From: an uncultured Candidatus Peribacteria bacterium
GTDB lineage: Bacteria > Patescibacteriota > Gracilibacteria > Absconditabacterales > Absconditicoccaceae
Direction: 5' to 3'
Length of the DNA stretch: 64,000 nucleotides
NCBI GenBank assembly: GCA_964504915.1
Contig: CAZDFH010000006.1
Span: 4,356-68,355, forward strand
This document shows, piece after piece, positions 62,318 through 64,000 of this stretch (the stretch's first letter is position 1; each line of letters opens with the position of its first letter). Both the position numbers and the translations under genes were made by a program. The notes below the pieces were generated by a model. The model had not been told where the DNA came from, made no database searches, and saw only the letters and a program-made list of their open reading frames with translations.

Positions 62318-62611
62318 TTATTCGGAGCTGGTATTTCTCAACCGGTTCCGTTTCTTTAAGTAGGCCAAGTATGTGCCTACAGGCACGGCTTCCTCGGCCG
62401 TGGTGACCTGTTGTGCAAGGCCACGTTCGCGGTCACGTTCGACCTGGTTTTTGTACTTATCAGACTCATCTTCGAGCCCAATGAGTTTACCCTGGTGTTC
62501 GGCCGGAACGGGGCGCCTTCCTCTTTCGGCGAGGCGCATTCCTTTTTTGTTATTAGCCACTCCATCGTGGCCGGATTTCCCCGCAGGGGGGAGTACAGCT
62601 ATTTTCGACAT
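62318..62611 (-). CDS. Hypothetical protein in a GC-rich (about 55% by eye) island
   Basis: An intact 97-aa ORF with ATG preceded by AGGAA (one of the few SD-like motifs in the window) and a TAA stop next to the terminator. It has no TGA, no CGA, and two CGG near the 3' end. Confidence 0.45.
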   Translation of the reverse strand: MSKIAVLPPAGKSGHDGVANNKKGMRLAERGRRPVPAEHQGKLIGLEDESDKYKNQVERDRERGLAQQVTTAEEAVPVGTYLAYLKKRNRLRNTSSE

Positions 62612-63021
62612 AAATTCCTAATTTTGTTTTTAATTTAAATAACTATTTCCTGTCGGAAGTCAAGTATCTTCTTGATGGGTGAGATTGCTTATTCTGTTGA
62701 GAGTGTCTCTATGCATATCATTCATGGTTTTTTTAGTCTGTCTCTCGAATGAGAAGTTTCTAGGTCTGAAGCTCTTTCCTATCTCAAAAATTTATTTGTT
62801 CTTGCTTTTTGACAAAAAAAGAGTATAAGGGCTGTGATGAAAATTTACCTTTCACCTCATATTATGACGATATATAGCTCATATTCAGTAAGTAATAATA
62901 ATCTACGGATGCCGTAGATGACTTGTTATTCACTCAAATAATAATTCACAATCTCCTACGGTATCATCTTCAGAAACCGCTGGGGATTTTTTTAAGTTTT
63001 TATTTTGTTACCCATTATACT

Positions 63022-64000
63022 ATGACTACACCATGATTTGCTCTCTTGGCAGAGCGTTACCATCCTGTATTGGATCTTAAGTCTACAGAGATGGCGATTA
63101 AGTATTGTAAAGATGTGTTTGAGACACAACTGGCTGAAAAATTACATCTTGTCAGAGTCTCGGCGCCATTATTTGTCTCACAGGAAAGTGGCATCAACGA
63201 TGCCCTCAACGGTGTAGAAAGGGCAGTCGCTTTCCAGATAAAAGACTTGCCTGGTACTACTGCTGAGATTGTCCACTCGTTAGCTAAGTGGAAAAGAATG
63301 GCTTTGTATAGGTATGGATTCACTCCATGAGAAGGTATCTATACTGATATGAATGCTATTCGCCGTGATGAAGAATTAGACGAATTGCATTCTCTTTATG
63401 TCGATCAGCGAGATCGAGAGTCTATCATTACTAAAGATGAAAGAACTATAGAGACGCTCAAGACAAAAGTCATTTCTATTTACGAAGCACTCAAGACCAC
63501 GGAGCAATTGTTGCATGAGAAATTCCCTTCATTGAGGACTATCTTGCCAGAAACTATTCACTTTATCACTACGCAAGAGTTAGAGGATAGGTATCCTGAG
63601 TTAAGCCCAAGAGAAAGAGAAGATTTGATTTGCAAAGAATACGGAGCTGTCTTTGTGATGGGTATCTGAGACAAACTCGCATCCTGAATCTTACATGATG
63701 GCAGGGCTCCTGATTATGATGACTGGAAACTCAACGGAGATATCCTGGTCTACTATCCTGAGCTAGAAAGAGCATTTGAGATTTCTTCTATGGGCATTAG
63801 AGTCGATGAGACTTCACTTATCGAACAGTTAGACAAAAGATGATGTCCAGAAAAGATACATTTCCCGTATCACAAAATGATCGCTGATAAAGAGTTGCCC
63901 TATACCATCGGAGGATGAATTGGTCAGTCAAGAATATGTATGTTGCTTCTTCACAAACTTCACATCTGAGAAGTCCAAGCATCGCTTTGGCCTGAAGCAA
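63022..64000 (+). CDS. asnA: Aspartate--ammonia ligase (asparagine synthetase A), 3' end off window
   Basis: [22 protein letters not shown][CGA]D[CGA]E (E. coli DQWDWE), [10 protein letters not shown]-like [10 protein letters not shown] and GG[G]IGQSR. Confidence 0.88.

Noticed and set aside
62318-62611. The GC-rich island as a structural RNA gene (RNase P, tmRNA or 6S).
   Set aside because: None of the conserved RNase P (GAGGAAAGTCC), tmRNA (tRNA-like 3' end) or similar motifs are present. A clean 97-codon ORF with an SD-like site, ATG, TAA and an adjacent terminator spans it exactly.
1-64000. A window full of pseudogenes or frameshifted genes, since almost every homolog is broken into several ORFs in the track.
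   Set aside because: All breaks are TGA codons in a constant frame, and they align with conserved Gly. No TAA/TAG or frame changes occur inside the joined genes. Recoding explains the pattern, not decay.
1-64000. UGA read as Trp (table 4) or as selenocysteine.
   Set aside because: The positions correspond to invariant Gly (DLGGGTFD, GGQ, the Walker A and ABC signature glycines). UGA is far too frequent for Sec, and no SECIS-like context is seen. Trp would destroy these motifs.

Overview
This is an AT-rich 64-kb window that reads like a Candidate Phyla Radiation bacterium of the Absconditabacteria (SR1) or Gracilibacteria type. The supplied standard-code ORF track fragments almost every real gene, because in-frame TGA is a sense codon here (Gly, translation table 25). 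When only TAA and TAG are treated as stops, the fragments fuse into about 68 coherent genes. I checked the joined frames triplet by triplet for leuS, argS, glmS, dnaK, nrdD, the sigma factor, the S8 protease, the THUMP methylase, ftsK, the Fe-ADH, the J-domain protein and several others.

CGA and CGG also sit at invariant Trp positions: the sigma-70 WW, AsnA DQWDWE, several LeuRS Trp sites, TspO, CYTH, Fe-ADH and the YdeN-type hydrolase. DnaK is Arg-rich and Trp-poor and contains neither codon. An 'R' in the track at CGA or CGG should therefore probably be read as W.

Content:
- Housekeeping genes: argS, arfB-like, rlmN, dnaK, glmS, leuS, a sigma-70, ftsK and asnA.
- An anaerobic nucleotide island: nrdD, a separately encoded glycyl-radical module, NUDIX, an FTR-like protein, MazG-like proteins, two deoxyribosyltransferase-like paralogs and nrdG.
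- Fermentation-type enzymes: pduL, Fe-ADH and a divergent pyruvate-kinase-like protein.
- A MacAB/HlyD-type efflux operon.
- Many secreted or surface proteins: two large adhesin-like proteins and five tandem paralogs sharing one N-terminal leader.
- Two TspO-like genes and one tRNA-Ser(GGA).

I saw no rRNA, CRISPR array, transposase, integrase or reverse transcriptase. Shine-Dalgarno motifs are mostly absent. Several promoters have near-consensus TTGACA/TTGCAA-16 nt-TATAxT architecture.

Most notable observations:
1. The double recoding (UGA to Gly; CGA/CGG to Trp).
2. A 1211-codon LeuRS carrying an in-frame insertion of about 335 aa that encodes an ASCH-like domain plus a complete YdeN/RBBP9-type serine hydrolase domain.
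3. A class III RNR whose glycyl-radical domain is a separate 71-aa ORF.
4. A palindromic repeat family with compensatory stem changes, one copy of which is inserted in-frame in a methyltransferase, much like Rickettsia RPEs.
5. Pervasive short 'word' repeats at gene junctions that also expand inside housekeeping proteins.
6. A eukaryote-type GNA1 next to glmS.
7. A 55%-GC gene island carrying CGG codons.

All coordinates and motifs were read by eye from the sequence. No database search was possible.
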